A stretch of DNA of 64,000 bases from Amphiscolops sp. MND2022 (lineage: Eukaryota). Numbering within the stretch: the stretch's first letter is position 1; the number at the start of each line of letters is the position of its first letter. Under the pieces are notes generated by a model. That model did not search any database. It had not been told where the DNA came from and was given only the letters and a program-made list of their open reading frames with translations. The stretch is taken from the NCBI GenBank assembly GCA_964187785.1, contig OZ076409.1:3102001-3166000 (forward strand), read 5' to 3'. The position numbers and the translations under genes are program-made. This document shows, one piece after another, positions 14,701 through 29,700 of the stretch.

Positions 14701-17700
14701 AAAGAACACAAATTGAATACTCAGATATGACAATAAGGTCTAACTTTCTGCGCAAATGTTTCTTCAAAAGAACATTACCCTTTTGGAACACTCTACCGAG
14801 AAAAATGATCGAAAATTTAATACGAAACAGTGAAAAAAAAAGAATTAAATCTTTTCTTTCTCAAAGATACGAAAATGAAATAGACCGACCACAATATGGA
14901 ATAAAATGTTGGAGTGTTTACAGTTTTACATAATTCGTCTCCATAATCACCCCCTTTTTACCCTTCAATTAATTTTTTATCGATTATGTTGTATACACTG
15001 CCTCTTGAAATAGAAATGCATTTTTATACTATTTTAAGTAGGAAATACAGTGTTTTTAGTCGGCGCTTTTCTTAAGAAAAAAGCCTGACTATTACAGTCA
15101 CTCGTTTTTTTTATTTTTTTTTATTTAAGACAGACTCGAAGCGACGAACGTTAACGTTCAACTAAAGGAAACTAAATACCAGGGAATCGAATGTAAATTA
15201 TTCCAAAGGATCCCCCTTTGGTTTTTTACTTTTTAACCGTTACCTACAAGCGACTTTTTTTCGAAATTTTTTTAATGTCCCCAAAGGGTCCCCCCTTTGA
15301 GTTTTTTGTTATCTTGCTGCAGAATGCGTGTTTATAAATCAAAAAGGGTCCCCCCTTTTACATTTTTCGGCACTGTGCGACATTTTCCGAAAGAATTTTT
15401 TTTCGAAAATTTCAAGTTTTTTTTCCAAAAAAATGTTTTGCGCTTTTTGAGCCTTAGATATAGCGCCGACTTGAGACGTGCCCGTCTTGTTTCATATTTC
15501 TGCTCATATTAGAATGTTTTCAAGTGATGCCTGCTTAGTTAGTTCGACTTGCATTTTCGACAATTTCGGCTCATTTTTCTGAGAAAATATTCCGACTACT
15601 TTATTTGTGCTTGATTGAATTATTAAAACAAGGATTTGCTTGATGAAATAATACATTTTGACATGAATCGCTTGCCTGTACATGAATCTCTGAGGTGTCA
15701 ACCCGTGGCACGGGTAAATCCTTGGCTCCGCCCCCAAAAAGGCATCCAGACACAAATCGTGGCCACTCAACTTGACAGTTCCGAAAGCAGCCAGAGTGGA
15801 TAAGTTCCACATCTCTGGAACTAACGTTTCCAGGTACCACGAAAAAGATTTCATGCCCGGGCACTTCCTCATTTCCGGTTCTTTTTGGGCTGAAAATGTT
15901 GATTTTGCAAAGAAGAAAGTTTACTTGTAGTGAATCATTTTTTAAATGCTTGTGCTAAACTCAAACAAGCCGAGAACGGCCAAAGTCGGCGCTATATCTA
16001 AGGCTCAAAAAGTGCAAAATTTTCAAAATGTGCTCATGACGTTTTTTATGAAAAACTCACAAAAAAGTTTCACCCAAAGGAAGCCTTCCGTGCTGGGAAA
16101 ACGCTTCAGAAGTTCGGATATAGCGGCTGGGACAAATGCGAGCACTTGTTTTCGAACCTCCGCCGCCTCCTCAGTGAAACGGAATATACTTCGGAAATAA
16201 CGTCAAAAATTCGGATATAGCGCTTTACTCCGGATATTACGTTCAAATTTCGGATAGTATTGAAAAAAAATATTGGTGGATATGTATTGAGAAAACCTAA
16301 TGTCAGATGAAAAATGACAATTTTGAACAGTCTCATAGTGCCAAAAAATCTGAAAGGGGGGACCCTTTGAGATTTTCAAACATCTATTATGTTCCAAAAT
16401 ATCAAAAAAAATTGAAGGTGGAACCCATTGGTGCAATCAAAAAATTTTCGAAAAAAATCTCATAGTGCCGAAAAAAATCCAAGTTAAAAACACCCAGATA
16501 GCCAAAGTGGGCACCCTTAGTTGTTTTCAAAGTTCTGGACGTCGGTTTTATAATTTTGGATGAGGTTCTAAGGTTTACGGTATGTTTTGGTCAAACTGAA
16601 CAAATCAACAAAAAAGTGGACCACACGAGTAACAAAAAACTACCCACTGTAAGAGTCGGGCACATTTTCTACTAAAATGCGCCGACTAAAAAATCTCTGG
16701 TGATAGATACAAAAAAGTTGATAGTTTTTTGATAGTTGCTGTATTTATCGTTTTATCGTAACATTTTCGTGAGGTAGAGTTTCCAGATGTAATTGCTGGA
16801 TGGAAATTTCGTAATCAAAATTCATGATGTTTTCCTGGAATTCCTTTAATGAAACCATTACTTCAATATAAATATGGTTCAATATAAATTCATGCATGTT
16901 ATTGCCATGAAGTTATCGCATGAAACCATTTGAAAACATTCATGGAATAGCATGAAATTCCATGTTGAGACAAAACTTTTTTTGGAAAAATAATGATTAG
17001 CGGATTTGTTCGACAAATTTCCAACCCGGGATGTCGTTGGCAGAAAGCAGACTGTGGTCGTAATTCTTATTCCATAGTTTGAACATCGGATGCTCCTGCA
17101 CGTTGTAAAACTTGGACATAAGCATCATGTTATAATCCATGTCTTCCTTCCGTACATTCCTGTTTTCAGAAACGGGCTCAAAAGACTGCGTTATTTTTGA
17201 ACAGGGCACCACATAGATGTCACCTCCACAAAGCCAACACCTGAAAAAAGGGAAAAAGGGGGGCTTTGCAATTTGATTGAACTGAACCAGAACTTGTTGC
17301 ACTATGTTTGCTGATTATCTGGCAGAAAAAACAGGATGTTCAAAATTGAACTAAAAATCTCGCTTTTTTCTTTTTTGTCGAATTTGATGGTTTTGACCTA
17401 TAAGTATCTATTATTCAAGCCAAAGTCAGTTCCATGAAATCTTTTTGAAAACAAAAACAACCAGAGACGCATTTGTGGTAAAGGAGTTGGCTTAGGTTTT
17501 TTCCTTCTGATTCGCTCGGATCCCAATCATACCATTTTGATGAAATTGCACATATTAGGACCTTATATGGTGTAGAAAGACTCCATTAACGTTCTTTCAA
17601 ATCGTAAAGTGTTTGAGAAAATCGAAAAAAATCTAAAAATTGGCCGTTTTTGGGTCATCTTTGGACTAACTTTGGCTTCGTTTCCCAGCCAAACGATTTT

Positions 17701-20700
17701 GATGCCATTGCACATATAGGACTCTAAAATTGTGTAAAATTACTGTAGAAAATTTCGTTCGAATCGTATAGACAGTTTCTGAGAAAATCGAAAGAAGTCC
17801 AAAAGTGGCTGTTTTCCGGTAATTTTTGGGCTAATTTTGGCTATGGTTCTCACATCCCAGGCATACGGTTTTGATGCCATTGCGCACGCAAGGGCTCCTT
17901 TGGGTGTAGAATGACTATGCAAAATTTTATGGAAATAATATGGACAGTTTTTGAGAAATTTGAAATTTTCATTGAAAGGTCGGCAGGAAAAAAAACATTT
18001 TTCCGTCTCCTAAAAATGTTGATATCCTCATCAATGTTTTCACTGTAGAATTCTTTTAGAGAGAACAGAATGTGAAAAAGAGGAGCAGAAAACTACAGTA
18101 GCTCCTTCAATGACTACCCTTGTTGAACATGCTTGAACTTTTTACGTTCTTCAAAGTTGCCAGCAACTTTTATTGTGATTTTTTAAAACTCTTAGAGAAA
18201 CTTTAATGCGTTAATGTTTCCCTGTTGTCATCAACTTTTATCAAGCTGCTTGAAAGAATCATCAAATTTTTGGCGGCAATTTCAAGCCGTGAAGTTCTGC
18301 AAGTTTTTTTATGCATCAGTTCTAATGCACCTTAACGTTAGCAATTTTGCCGCCATTTTAATGCAAATTAACTTCTTTCACAATGTAAACAACAAACTAG
18401 CGCCATCTTCAGCGTCCTGTCTGAGAAGCGGTGATTATATTGAATGAGTAGTCGAGAAATCAATGAGTGAATACGAAGTGATTGTCTCCGTAAAGAAGGG
18501 TGAAATATTTTCGAATTTAATTGTAATAGTCTAAAATGCAGTGTAATTCTACAAGATTTACCACCGGAACCTTACTGAGTTTTCTAGGTTTTATTAAAAA
18601 AATACCCTGCGTGCAGGTTTGCAGCGTGTAAAAAATTCCAGCAGTCTCAACTAGGGTTGTTGTTTCTATGATTGTGTAAGTTTGAGAAGACCTTGACCTC
18701 TGACCTGATTGCAAACTCGTTGTCCTCTCCTGACCTCGGATAGGTCGCCTTCAGGTTGGGGTCATACCCCCCGATGTCCTTGAAAAACTGGGTCCAGGTC
18801 GCAAAGATAGGCCAGAGAAAAAGGGGGGTTTTGATCGGGCTGGAGTCTGGAAATGGGTCAGTCTCATTTCGTCGCTTCCGCTCCTTTGGGCAGAGATTAT
18901 TGGAACTCAACAATCAAATTTTTTGTCACATCTGGTTTTTCTATCAACTTATGTCTCGAAAACTGTTCGTCAAGTTGAAACATTCTTCAAGATGATGTTT
19001 TGTTTTAGGTGTTTTTAGTCGGCGCTTTATCCTTTTAAAGAAAAAATGCCCGACTATAGCAGTGACTCTTTTTTTTCTTCAGACTACAATCTTCACACTG
19101 ATCGGTCCACTTTTTAGAAACAATCCTGAATACAACTAAGGCCAAGTACGGCCAAGGCAAACTTAGTCCAAAGTGTCCCCCCTTTCATTTTTTACTTTCT
19201 CAAGGAAACCTACAAGGCCGGACGTGACTAAAGGGTCCTCCTTTGGATTTTTTCGGCACTGTGCAACTTTTTTTCGAAAATTTTTCAATGTCCCCAAAGG
19301 TCCCCCCTTCGAGTTTTTTTGAAATTTTGCAACAGAATATATGTTAATAAATTCAAAAGGCCCCCTTTTACATTTTTCGGCACTATGCGATATTTTTTGA
19401 AAGAAAACATTTCAAAAATTTCTTTTTTCCAAAAAAATGTTTTGCGCTTTTTGAGCCTTAGATATAGCGCCGACTTTAGACGTTCCCGTCTTGTTCTTCC
19501 AAGCTTTCCTCCTCCGATCATTTTTCCATGGGCGTTTTTTCTTTGTGCTATTTTCTTTAGGCGAAGTTTCAGAGAGCCAAAAAAATCCACAGAGACAAAC
19601 TTCGGCCAGAAAAACACATTTTCCGACTGAAATTTTCCCATGAAAAGTCGCACAGTGCCAAAAAAAAACAAAATGGGATCTCGTTTACCCGTCAAAATTT
19701 GCAAGCAAAAAATTAGTCCTGAGCGGAATTCCAACTAAGCCAAGTCGCGGCGTGAACAGATTCTGCCCAAAATGTAGACCATCAAGATATATTCCGTCGT
19801 CTGAACAAAAAACTCTGGTTTTTAGTCGGCGCATTTTAGTAGAAAATGTGCCCGACTCTTACAGTGGGTAGTTTTTTAGACGCGTAAGGTCCACTTTTTT
19901 GTTCATTTGTTCAACAACGTGAACTATGGAGTTTCAAAACACTCGAACCTCAGACCTCAGAAGCGCGTCCAAAACGAAAAGAAAAAAAAACAAAACACGT
20001 CCAGAACCTCGAAAACACACTAAGGATCCTCTTTAGCCCCACTTTTTTCGGTACTATGCCACTTTTTTTGAAATTTTTGATTTGTTTCGATATTTTGCAA
20101 CACAATGGATGTCAAAAAATCCCGAAGGGTCCCCCCTTTTACATTTTTCGGAACTGTGACACTGTTCGAAAATCTCATTTTTCGAAATTTTTTCGGGAAA
20201 TTTTTTAAAGTCACCAAATGGTCCCCCCTTCAATTTTTTTCATGTTTTGCAACCAGCTGCAGTTTTACAAAACCTGAAGGGTCCCCCTTTTTACATTTTT
20301 TAGCCTTAGATATAGCGCCGACTTGGGCCGTTCTCGGCTTGTTGAGTCTTTAGTTGGGATCCAATTTGAACCGTTTCCGGTTTCGGTTCGTTTTGAACTT
20401 CAAGGTTAAACATCTCTTTCTTGTCGTTTAAGTAATGCCCTTGATGGTTTAATTTTCGTTTGGTACAATTTCTGTCCTATCTGATTCGAGTTGCAATTAC
20501 CGATTCACTACTGGTAGCGGTTTCGAATTTGGGTATAAAATTTAGTTTTGTACGAAACACAAAGAAGTCGAGTTTTTTATACCGAGGCTAATATTCCCAT
20601 TGTAATGTTAGTTCCTGTAAGATGTGATATGATTTTCGAGAATCTCTGCCTTGAAATCCAATTCATGAAGTGCGACTTCAACTAAACTCCACTCGGGAAG

Positions 20701-23700
20701 AGCCACGAGATGCCACGGAACATGCTCGATCTGCTCTCTCGTCTTCCAATCAGTTTCATCTGCTGCCAGAACCGAGACTCGCTTGTCGTGCTCCACGAGA
20801 TTAGCCAATAAGGGCTCGAGCCACTGAATCAGGCATTCCGATTGGGCGTGAATAAACACGACTATCTTTCCACCAATCAAATTCACTGCTCGATTTCGTG
20901 CTTCGCTTACAGTTATTCGCTCTCTGTAATATCTCACCAAATAGGGCAATGACCTTTCAGTGTTCAAATTCGTCCAGAAATCATCAAAGTGTTTTGAAAT
21001 GCTGGAATTTCCATAAACAAAAATTAATATTTCGTTGATAAAGTATTTGTCGGTTCGATTGACCACACTTGAAACGGATGCCAAAATTGTTTTTTCTTTC
21101 TCCGTGTTGGCCATTATGACGATCGAAGTGGTTTTGAACAACTTTTTCGAGTTTTCCTCGTTTTTCAGCTGGGAAAAATCTCTTTTCTGACACGATTTTG
21201 GTCTCGTGTCGCGCCTTCCTTGTAGATTCGAAGTCAATAAACTCGAATACTTAGCAAGTTTTATGGAATCATTGCGTTTGTAAGAACTGTTCTCTTTGAA
21301 ATTCATTTTTGCAGAATCTTTCCAACCATCGGAGAGATCTTTCAAATCAGAGACTGTTTCTTTGACGATCTGCTTCAAACCAGATTTGCTTTGTAAAGAA
21401 GATAAATGATAATGTAATAAAACAGCACCCATTAAAAGTTTCAGAAGAACTACTCCGAAAAATCGTTTCTTGGTACCTTTGAATCGGAATCGCCCCATTG
21501 CAGCAAATAAGTTGAAGTCTTTGCCAGGTTAGAGAAACCTTCGGCTCTTTTCTTTCCCATCACCGATTTTTTTTGGAAAATTAGTGAAAATAACAACAAA
21601 CCAGAAATTATACAAACCAGAAACTATCTGTTTTAAAATCTTTTCCAGGGTGACAGTTTAGAATTGAGATACAAACTTTGTTCACGCTATTTTTGCCTAT
21701 GAATCACGCATTCTTGATTAAAAAATCAACAACTTCCTGTTTTGAGTCACAAAAAACAGTGAATACGTACACATAATTACAATCAAAATGCGTGAAAAAT
21801 GTTTTGTTTGAATAAAACACTGTTCTAATAGACGTTAGCTTCCTTTCATGAAATAAGATTTTAACTTTCATTTAAGCTAGTCTGAAATTTTTCAGGAAAT
21901 TTACTTTCAAAAATTTTGGTAGTGGAGGGGGGGGGGCAGAAAAGAGCCACACCTTCAACAAAGACTTGAAAAAGAAAATTGAATTATCGTCAGCAATGAA
22001 TGTTCAAAACTTAAAATCAATGAATGTAGCTTAGGCGTCTTTATCCAATAACAGGCTCACTGTATTTTTTCGAGGTATGTTTCCTCATGAGGAACAAAAC
22101 GTCTAGTTATATTTCTCCGTGGATCGGAAATTCATTCTGTTTGTTAACAAGATGTTACAAAAGAGTTACGTAACATTATGCGACAAAACACAATGGTTGA
22201 AGTAGCACTCGCAAGTACAAGTGTAGAAAAGTTGCTGTGAATTTTCATTGCGTCTTTTGAAGATGTGTCATCATTTTTGTATCAATGGTATAAAAGACAT
22301 TGTAAAACTCCTAACAATTGCACTTCTGTAAAAGTAGTTATCACGCTTTAAGTGACTTTTCGTTGATTTTCTCCAGACCATGGTGCACAGACCTCACACT
22401 GAAAGGTCCACTTTTTACAGAATTTCTTTGGAATTCCTATCTCACTAGTAAGTATACTCGGGTGAAGTTTCCAAAAGAGGTCCCTTTGTGTAACATCGTT
22501 TCTGACGCCTTTTTCGTTGCTAGACAAAACAGAAGATATATAGTTTCATTGGTTTTTTCGACATTATAAGACTTCTTCCAGAATTTTTAGGAATCGGGAA
22601 AATTTTTCGACTACTTATGCAATCGTGACGTTTTCTCCCGACCTTCCAATGAAAACTTCATATTTCTCAAAAACTGTGCATACGATTTTCATAACGTTTC
22701 GCACAAACATTCTGCACCTAAAGGTGGTTCCTGCGTGCACAATGGCATCAAAATTGTATGACTGGGATCTAAGAAACAACCAAAATTTGTCCAAAAATTA
22801 CCAAAAACAGCCATTTTTGGACATTTTTTTTTCATTTTTCTCAAAAACTGTCCATACGATTCGAACGAAATTTTCTAAAATCATTTTATACCATATTAGG
22901 GTACTATATGTGCTATTTCATCAAAATCGTATGACTGGGATTAGAGCGAGTCAGAAGGAAAAAGACCTAAGACGACTCCTTTACCGCACATGCGACTCTG
23001 GTTTTTCATGTCACCAAAGGGTGACAACTCATATCAACCGACACCTCATATCATTCAAAACTCATCAGAAAAATGAATCCTTCATCAAGAAATATTTCTA
23101 AAAATTAACTAAAGAAAATGATTTATTTGATGAGCAATTATCAGAAAGTATAAGGTAGTAAAATGATCTCAAGGTTAATACTAGTGCCTCGGATTATCAT
23201 ATCATTATCACATTTCTATCAAAATTTTTGGAAATGAATTATTCTTGAGCGGAAGGCCATAAAACGTGAAACTATAGGGAGGCGGAAATGCCGTCGCAGG
23301 AAATTTCGTCGTCAGAAATTTCGTCGTAGGAAAGTTCGTCGTTTTAGCAAATACAGAAATTTCGTCGTCAGAAATTTCGTCGTCGGAAATTTCGTCGTAT
23401 TGATAAAATTCAACAGCGTTCGCGAAGGAGATAAATTAAATTATGCAAATTTTCAATAAATAAAATGAGGTTTAACAACTTTCATTTTGACACCAAAACT
23501 GAGTCAAAAAGTTAATTGCATTCAATCAAGTCATCGAGACGCTTATTGAGCAAGGGTATATTTTCAGTCATGAACTACGTATTTTACCGGTGTATTCACA
23601 CCATACTAGCCAAAAGTTTGCTTGGACCATGTCATCTATCCCCCCAAACTGTGGCGAGGGGAAATAAGACAGAAGGTTCAAATAACATTATGTCGACATT

Positions 23701-26700
23701 GTTTGCGTTGAAATGTTGGTCCAATAAAATAAAATTTTTGTCCAATTCATATAATATTCTCTTATTACAGAAATATTTTTATTCAAAAACAAAATGTGCT
23801 TTAGTGTAGGGAAAATTCGGAGCTTTACTATACAATTTAAGCTTGTTCCGGAGGTGAATTTTTGCTTTTTTGTCAACTTTTTCTGGTAAAATCATCACTA
23901 AAAGTAGTCAATAATAGCAATAATTGTACAACTACCGATACTTATCAAGACGCGATAAATTTTAAAAAATCAATAATATTGACAATTCCTAATAGCTTAG
24001 ATAAAATGCGACGTTTTATAGAACGTAATTTCCGACGACAAAGTTTCTGGCGACGAAATTTCTGACGACGGAATTTACCGCGACGAAATTTCTGGTAATC
24101 AAACTATGCATTCCTTATAAATTTTGGAAGTTCATATCAGCGCAACTAATTATAAAATGTTTTTGACGTATAATTTGGGCATTTTCAACGTATTCACAAA
24201 CCTGATATTAGTTTCAGCTCTTTCAAATTAATATGAGTTTTTGCTTGATATGAGTTGTCGCTATGCCGCGGAGATCATATTTCAGGACGTTTTTCAAAAA
24301 AGGAAAAGAGTATTTGGTTCGGACCTAAAAAAATCTAAAACCAAAAATGATGCCCGAGTTTTTCCAAATCGAAATAATCAGCTTTGCTGCTAGCCAAGAA
24401 GTAACTCGTCATTTTGGTTTGTAGCATTTAGGATGTTTGTTGGGTGGACCAGAAAATGAAAAAGATTTTTCTCTCTATCACGGGACCTGTTTTCTAATGA
24501 AGTGGTTGCTCGCCGGAAAACATAATGCTGGACAAAAACGTGCTTGCTAAAGTGGAGGCTTTAAGATTTTTGAACGACAAGATTTCCAAAGGAATTCTCG
24601 AAGGATAAGTTGAGTAAAACTGGTTCAATTGATTCGATATACTAGTCAAAGATTTCTCGATCAGTCTCTTTTTTGAAGGAAAAGAAATGAGTTGATCAAT
24701 TGGAAGAAAAACGTTTTTCTGAATAGTCAAAAAATGGATTTTTTGCTAACATGGAACACGTAAGATCCGAGCGAAAAAGGTCGCGAAACTCGGCTCCACT
24801 CGAATCAATATAAAATTAGTCTAATCTGAAACTTTATCGAACGCTTCTAAAGGCGAAAAACAATCAAATGAAAACTATGAAAAAAAACCATTTTGTCAAA
24901 CGAATGAGCATTAATTTGCATACTCTTTCTGTAATTTTCCAACCTAAATAACTCAAACACGAAACCAAACTGCACAAAACTGATATCTTAAAGGGTTCTA
25001 CCAGAAAAAGTCTTTTCATCAGGATTTATTCCGAAAGAATTGAAGGGTTCGAATAGGGTTTCAGACAAAAACGTTAGTTGAAGTTTCCAAGAACTTTTGT
25101 TATGATTTTCTAAATCTCTCACGGAGAGACGTTCAGCTGAAAGTATTTTCCTGTTGATTATGGACCTTTATCAAGCTTCTTGCGAGACGCACCCTGCGAC
25201 GTGTTTACGTCTGATGGAGTAGTTGAGAAATTGAAATGTGAACACGAGGTGATCAAATCGGTGACGAAGTGGGAACTATTTTCAATTTTGAACGCAGACT
25301 CTTCCAATTTTACAAGATTTACCACCGGAAAATTACTGAATTTTGTAGGTTTTATGAAAAACTACCTTGCATCAGGCCTGCTTGCTGCAATTAAACATTT
25401 CCAGAACACTCGACTATGGAAGGTAAAAACCATAAAAAAATCTTGAGAAAAAATCTTCGAGAAAAGACAATGATTTGACTTCGAATGTGACAAATTTTGA
25501 CAATATTTCGTCTGGAATGATTTTCGATGCTTGCAAGCATCTCAAAAACCAAAAACTGATGGCAAATTTGGATGTGTGGCTGACAAAGTGCTATATTGCG
25601 GTGATGTAAAAAGTCTTTTTCAACCTGAGAAAGACTATTTTCTAACAGAAGAGCTCAAAAAAGCGGATCAGACACATTGATGAAAGCAAAACATTTTAAA
25701 AAAATACTCAGCGCCGAAGCATCCCAAAGAAGATCATTCAGGAATGAAGAGCGCACTCTCGCAGTTAAAAAAATTAAAGAGCCAAAAGGAAAACAAATGG
25801 TGTCAGATAATTTTTCAACAATAGTCCAAAGTTCCGGATAAAAACTTGAATTTAGCCTCATTGTGTCTTTTAGCCTCTTTCATTTGTCAATTTTAAACAA
25901 ATTAAACTGTAAAAGAATCCAAGAGAGTTCTTCGGCACCCCTTGATGCACAGTAGATCTCAGGCGAACTCAAAAAGAGGATTTCACGTTAATTTTACCTT
26001 ACTACGTACTACGTTCATAAAACTATTGAACAAAAACTGTTTAGACTTTATTGAGTCTGGAAAAAAGTGGCTTGATGCCCAAAAGCAGGAGTCTGGTAAG
26101 TGCGGAACTCTTTCAGACTCTTTTCTGTTTTCCCCCCAAACCACCAAAATTTTTGAAAGTAAATTTCCTTAAAAACTAAGACTAGCCTAATTAAAAGTAA
26201 AACTTTCTTTCATAACGGGAAGTTAACGTCTATTGGAATAGTTTTTTGCTTGAACAAAACATTGTTCACGCATTTTGACTATAATTGTGTTCGTATTAAG
26301 TGTTTATTGATGACTCAAAACAGGAAGCGGTTGATTTCTTCATCAAAAATGCGCGACTACAAAAGAAAAAAGTGTGAAAAAAGTTTGTATCTTAAACCTA
26401 AACTGTCACCCTGGGAATAAATTTAAAATTGAAGCTTTCTGGTTTGTTTTCAAGTCTTTTTGTTATAAGATTTCCACTACTTTCCAAAAAAATTGGTGGT
26501 GTGGGGAGAAAACAGAAAAGAGCCCACTTTGATGCGCCCAAGAAGTTTTTAGTTGAGGCTTTTCTTTAGAAACGAGTCGACTATAGTCTTGGTTTTTCGT
26601 CAGTGTTTTTTAAGACTACTGTCGCAGGCGATCGCCTGCGATGGCAACTGGTAAACGATCGCCTATGATTATTGCAGAGCTTTACCCGGGACAATTGCTC

Positions 26701-29700
26701 TCAATTGAGGAAAGATCGACAGTAAGGCCCGGAAGACCAAAGCAAACATGATTGAAAGCTTTTATAATAAAACTGTTTTGTACGGTTATCTTATGTTATA
26801 AAATGTAACTATATTTCTTTAGTTGCTGTGGTGTTAGTTTGATAAATTGAAACATGTAAATTTAATCAAATGTGTTGATAATAGGACACCAAAGCGTACA
26901 GGTAGAGGAAATGCGTTCAAATGTTTCCTCTCCTGTCGCTGAGGACTAGCAGTCCAACTCGAATATTAACCAATCACAATGCAGTATTTTGTTAATTCAG
27001 TTACGCCGGTATGGTCGGTCTTGTGCTTGCGCCGTACACGGCTTTCATTTGTGTATTTACTCAAGAGTGAAATAAAGGACGGTAGGTCCACTTTGCCATG
27101 CACTGCCTTTACTGTGCTAATCTGTCAGACTCATTAAGCTAGTTGGAGAGTGTGGACGTCTTTTACTGTGCTTTAAAAGTGCAGATATAGAACAAGAATT
27201 GTTGCTATTTTGTACACCCTCAGCCTGTGTGGCTTAGTGTCATGATTTTTGTTGAAAGACATGTAAAATTAAACATACATGTAAACATATGTAAAATTAT
27301 GATGATGAAGTGATGATGTGGACATTGGGTCTGAATAAACCATTTACGCCGACAGGGTTTGTAGTATATTTTTAGATCAAGTTTATGACTCGGTGCAATT
27401 TTTAGCTTTCTTGTTCTAAAAATAGCTCCGTGACACCCTGAATTTAGACTGTCATCCTATTGTGAGTATAAATACGCGAGGAACTCATTGTCCTAAGGAC
27501 TATAGTTTGAGATTCCTTCAACAATATCAATTTATACTTTTGTACGCTGTAAACCATTTCTATCAACTCTCTTTGTTAGTAAAGTTATTGGGACAATTCA
27601 AATATTTCCCCAATAGAAACCTTTATGCCTTCCACAAAAAGACAGAAAGCGAAAGCTAAAAAATCAAGAGAAATGGACATGATGTCCGATTTGGATACTT
27701 TAGACATTTTGCTAGGAAATGGGAATGATACTCCTAGAGAAAGAGAAATAGCGAGCGCTATTGAGCAATCTTCAGTCCAAGGGGACATTGAGGACAATAT
27801 ACATCAAAGAAGTGATTAGGGGAATATTCCATACGAAAACGATCCACTCAGGCAAAATGATGTTAGACAATACTTTGAGACCTTTTCAAATGAATTTAAC
27901 CTTAGGCTGTCTCAAGAAATGGACTCTGTGATGTCCATGGTTCACAATCAGATAAACAGGGCTATCAGTACTGCTATATCTGAAAGAGTTATTCCAGAGA
28001 TCCAGAACATTGTTAGTTCGATGTCATATTCAGGGAATAGGGACACTGAGGCCAGTATGTCCCCTAATAGCCAGGAAAATAGGGAAAATACATCCGGGTT
28101 GAAAACTAAAGTAACAAAAAAGGACTCACGGTCCGCATGTGACTTGAGAGACACCACGGGACGTGGGTCTTACAACTACCTGAACTGACCAAAATAGGAC
28201 TACAAAAGTTCTACAAAACATTATTGCACCCAATTGCACCATTTGGCCTAGCGAACTGAACCAAAAAGGTTTTTCCCGTTTTCCCGCGTAACATACCATA
28301 CCGTGCGAGACCAAAGGATCCCCCTTCCAGTTTTTTTCGGCATTGTGAGACTTCTTTTTTCTTTTTTTTTCCGGAAAACAAATTTTTCCCAAAAGCGTCA
28401 CCCCTTCAATTTTTTGATGTTTCGCGACAAAATGGATGTTGAAAACCTCTCAAAGTGTCCACCCTTTCAGTTTTTTTCGGCATTGTGAGACTTTGTTTCC
28501 AAAAGTTTTTTTCATAAAAGGGTCCCCAACTCACCAATACTTTGACACTTGGAAGACCTTTTGCTATTTTTGAGCCTTAGATATGGCGCCGACTTGAGCC
28601 GTTCCCGGCTTGTTTAAGCATAAACGTTGGTTTCGAGTTGGGACGAATAAGAAACAAGGTGTACCCGGGGGGGTCGAAATAAGGAACATGCTCCTATTGT
28701 TCATGGTTGCCATGAGTTATTACCCTAGTTGAAAGTGGTCGACTTTTACATGCTTTTATAGGTTGCAAGGCTAATTTATTAGGTTTTTGGGAGCTGCTTA
28801 GAGAAGTTTTCATGCTCAATATTTTCATGCTGCGTCACTAATTTTTCAAGCATTTATCAAGATTTCTTTACAATTTAGCGGGTTTTCAGAGTAACATCAA
28901 GGAAATTGAAGACAAATTCCCGCGAAAATTTGTAGGTTTTGAATCAAAATTGAAATTAGACTTCGTCAGAATCTGAATTGAGTTCAAATTGAAAGATCGT
29001 TTTGAGAGTTTTTTGAGGTGACACATGGATTTTTTAAAAAATGTTTTATAGGTTGCAGAGAAATTTTTTAAAAGCACCTTGAAATGCTGCCAGCATTTTC
29101 CAAGTTGCCTTGTAAATTTGCAAAATTTTATAAGTTGCCTTTTAATTTTACGAAAAATTTCCAGGCATCGTCCCTGAATTTTCCAAGTTTTATAAAAAAA
29201 ATTAGCCGGCATTTTTTGAAGGTGCCTGTAAAACTTCGCGGCAACTTCGACCAGGGTACATGGGTGGTATGTATGTATGTGATAGTTTGTGTGTTGTCAG
29301 GATCCATGTGAACGACCCGGAGTCACGTGACTCGTCCGATGGCTCCTCCCCCTCCAAGCCAGCCTCTTCCGCCTCCGGCTCCCCCTTCAAGGGCACGAAG
29401 CCCATGACAGCCGAAGAACTCAACCAGTCCATCATGAGACTCTCCTCTTCATACACCACTCACAGGGGGTCGGTAGGGTATCGACATCAGATGGTGAAAT
29501 AACTATAGGAGGAATTCCCAAACTGCCGAAATCCCAAACTACAGAAAATGAAAAGTTGGTCTCAAACAGCACCATATTTCTTTAGGCTGCAATCTGATTG
29601 GCTGAAAATTGAAATCAAATTGAATTCACTAAGCTGGAAACGCGCGTCAGATTTTGTCGGAATTAATATTATAACGTAGTCAGCTATGTTCCCATACCCC

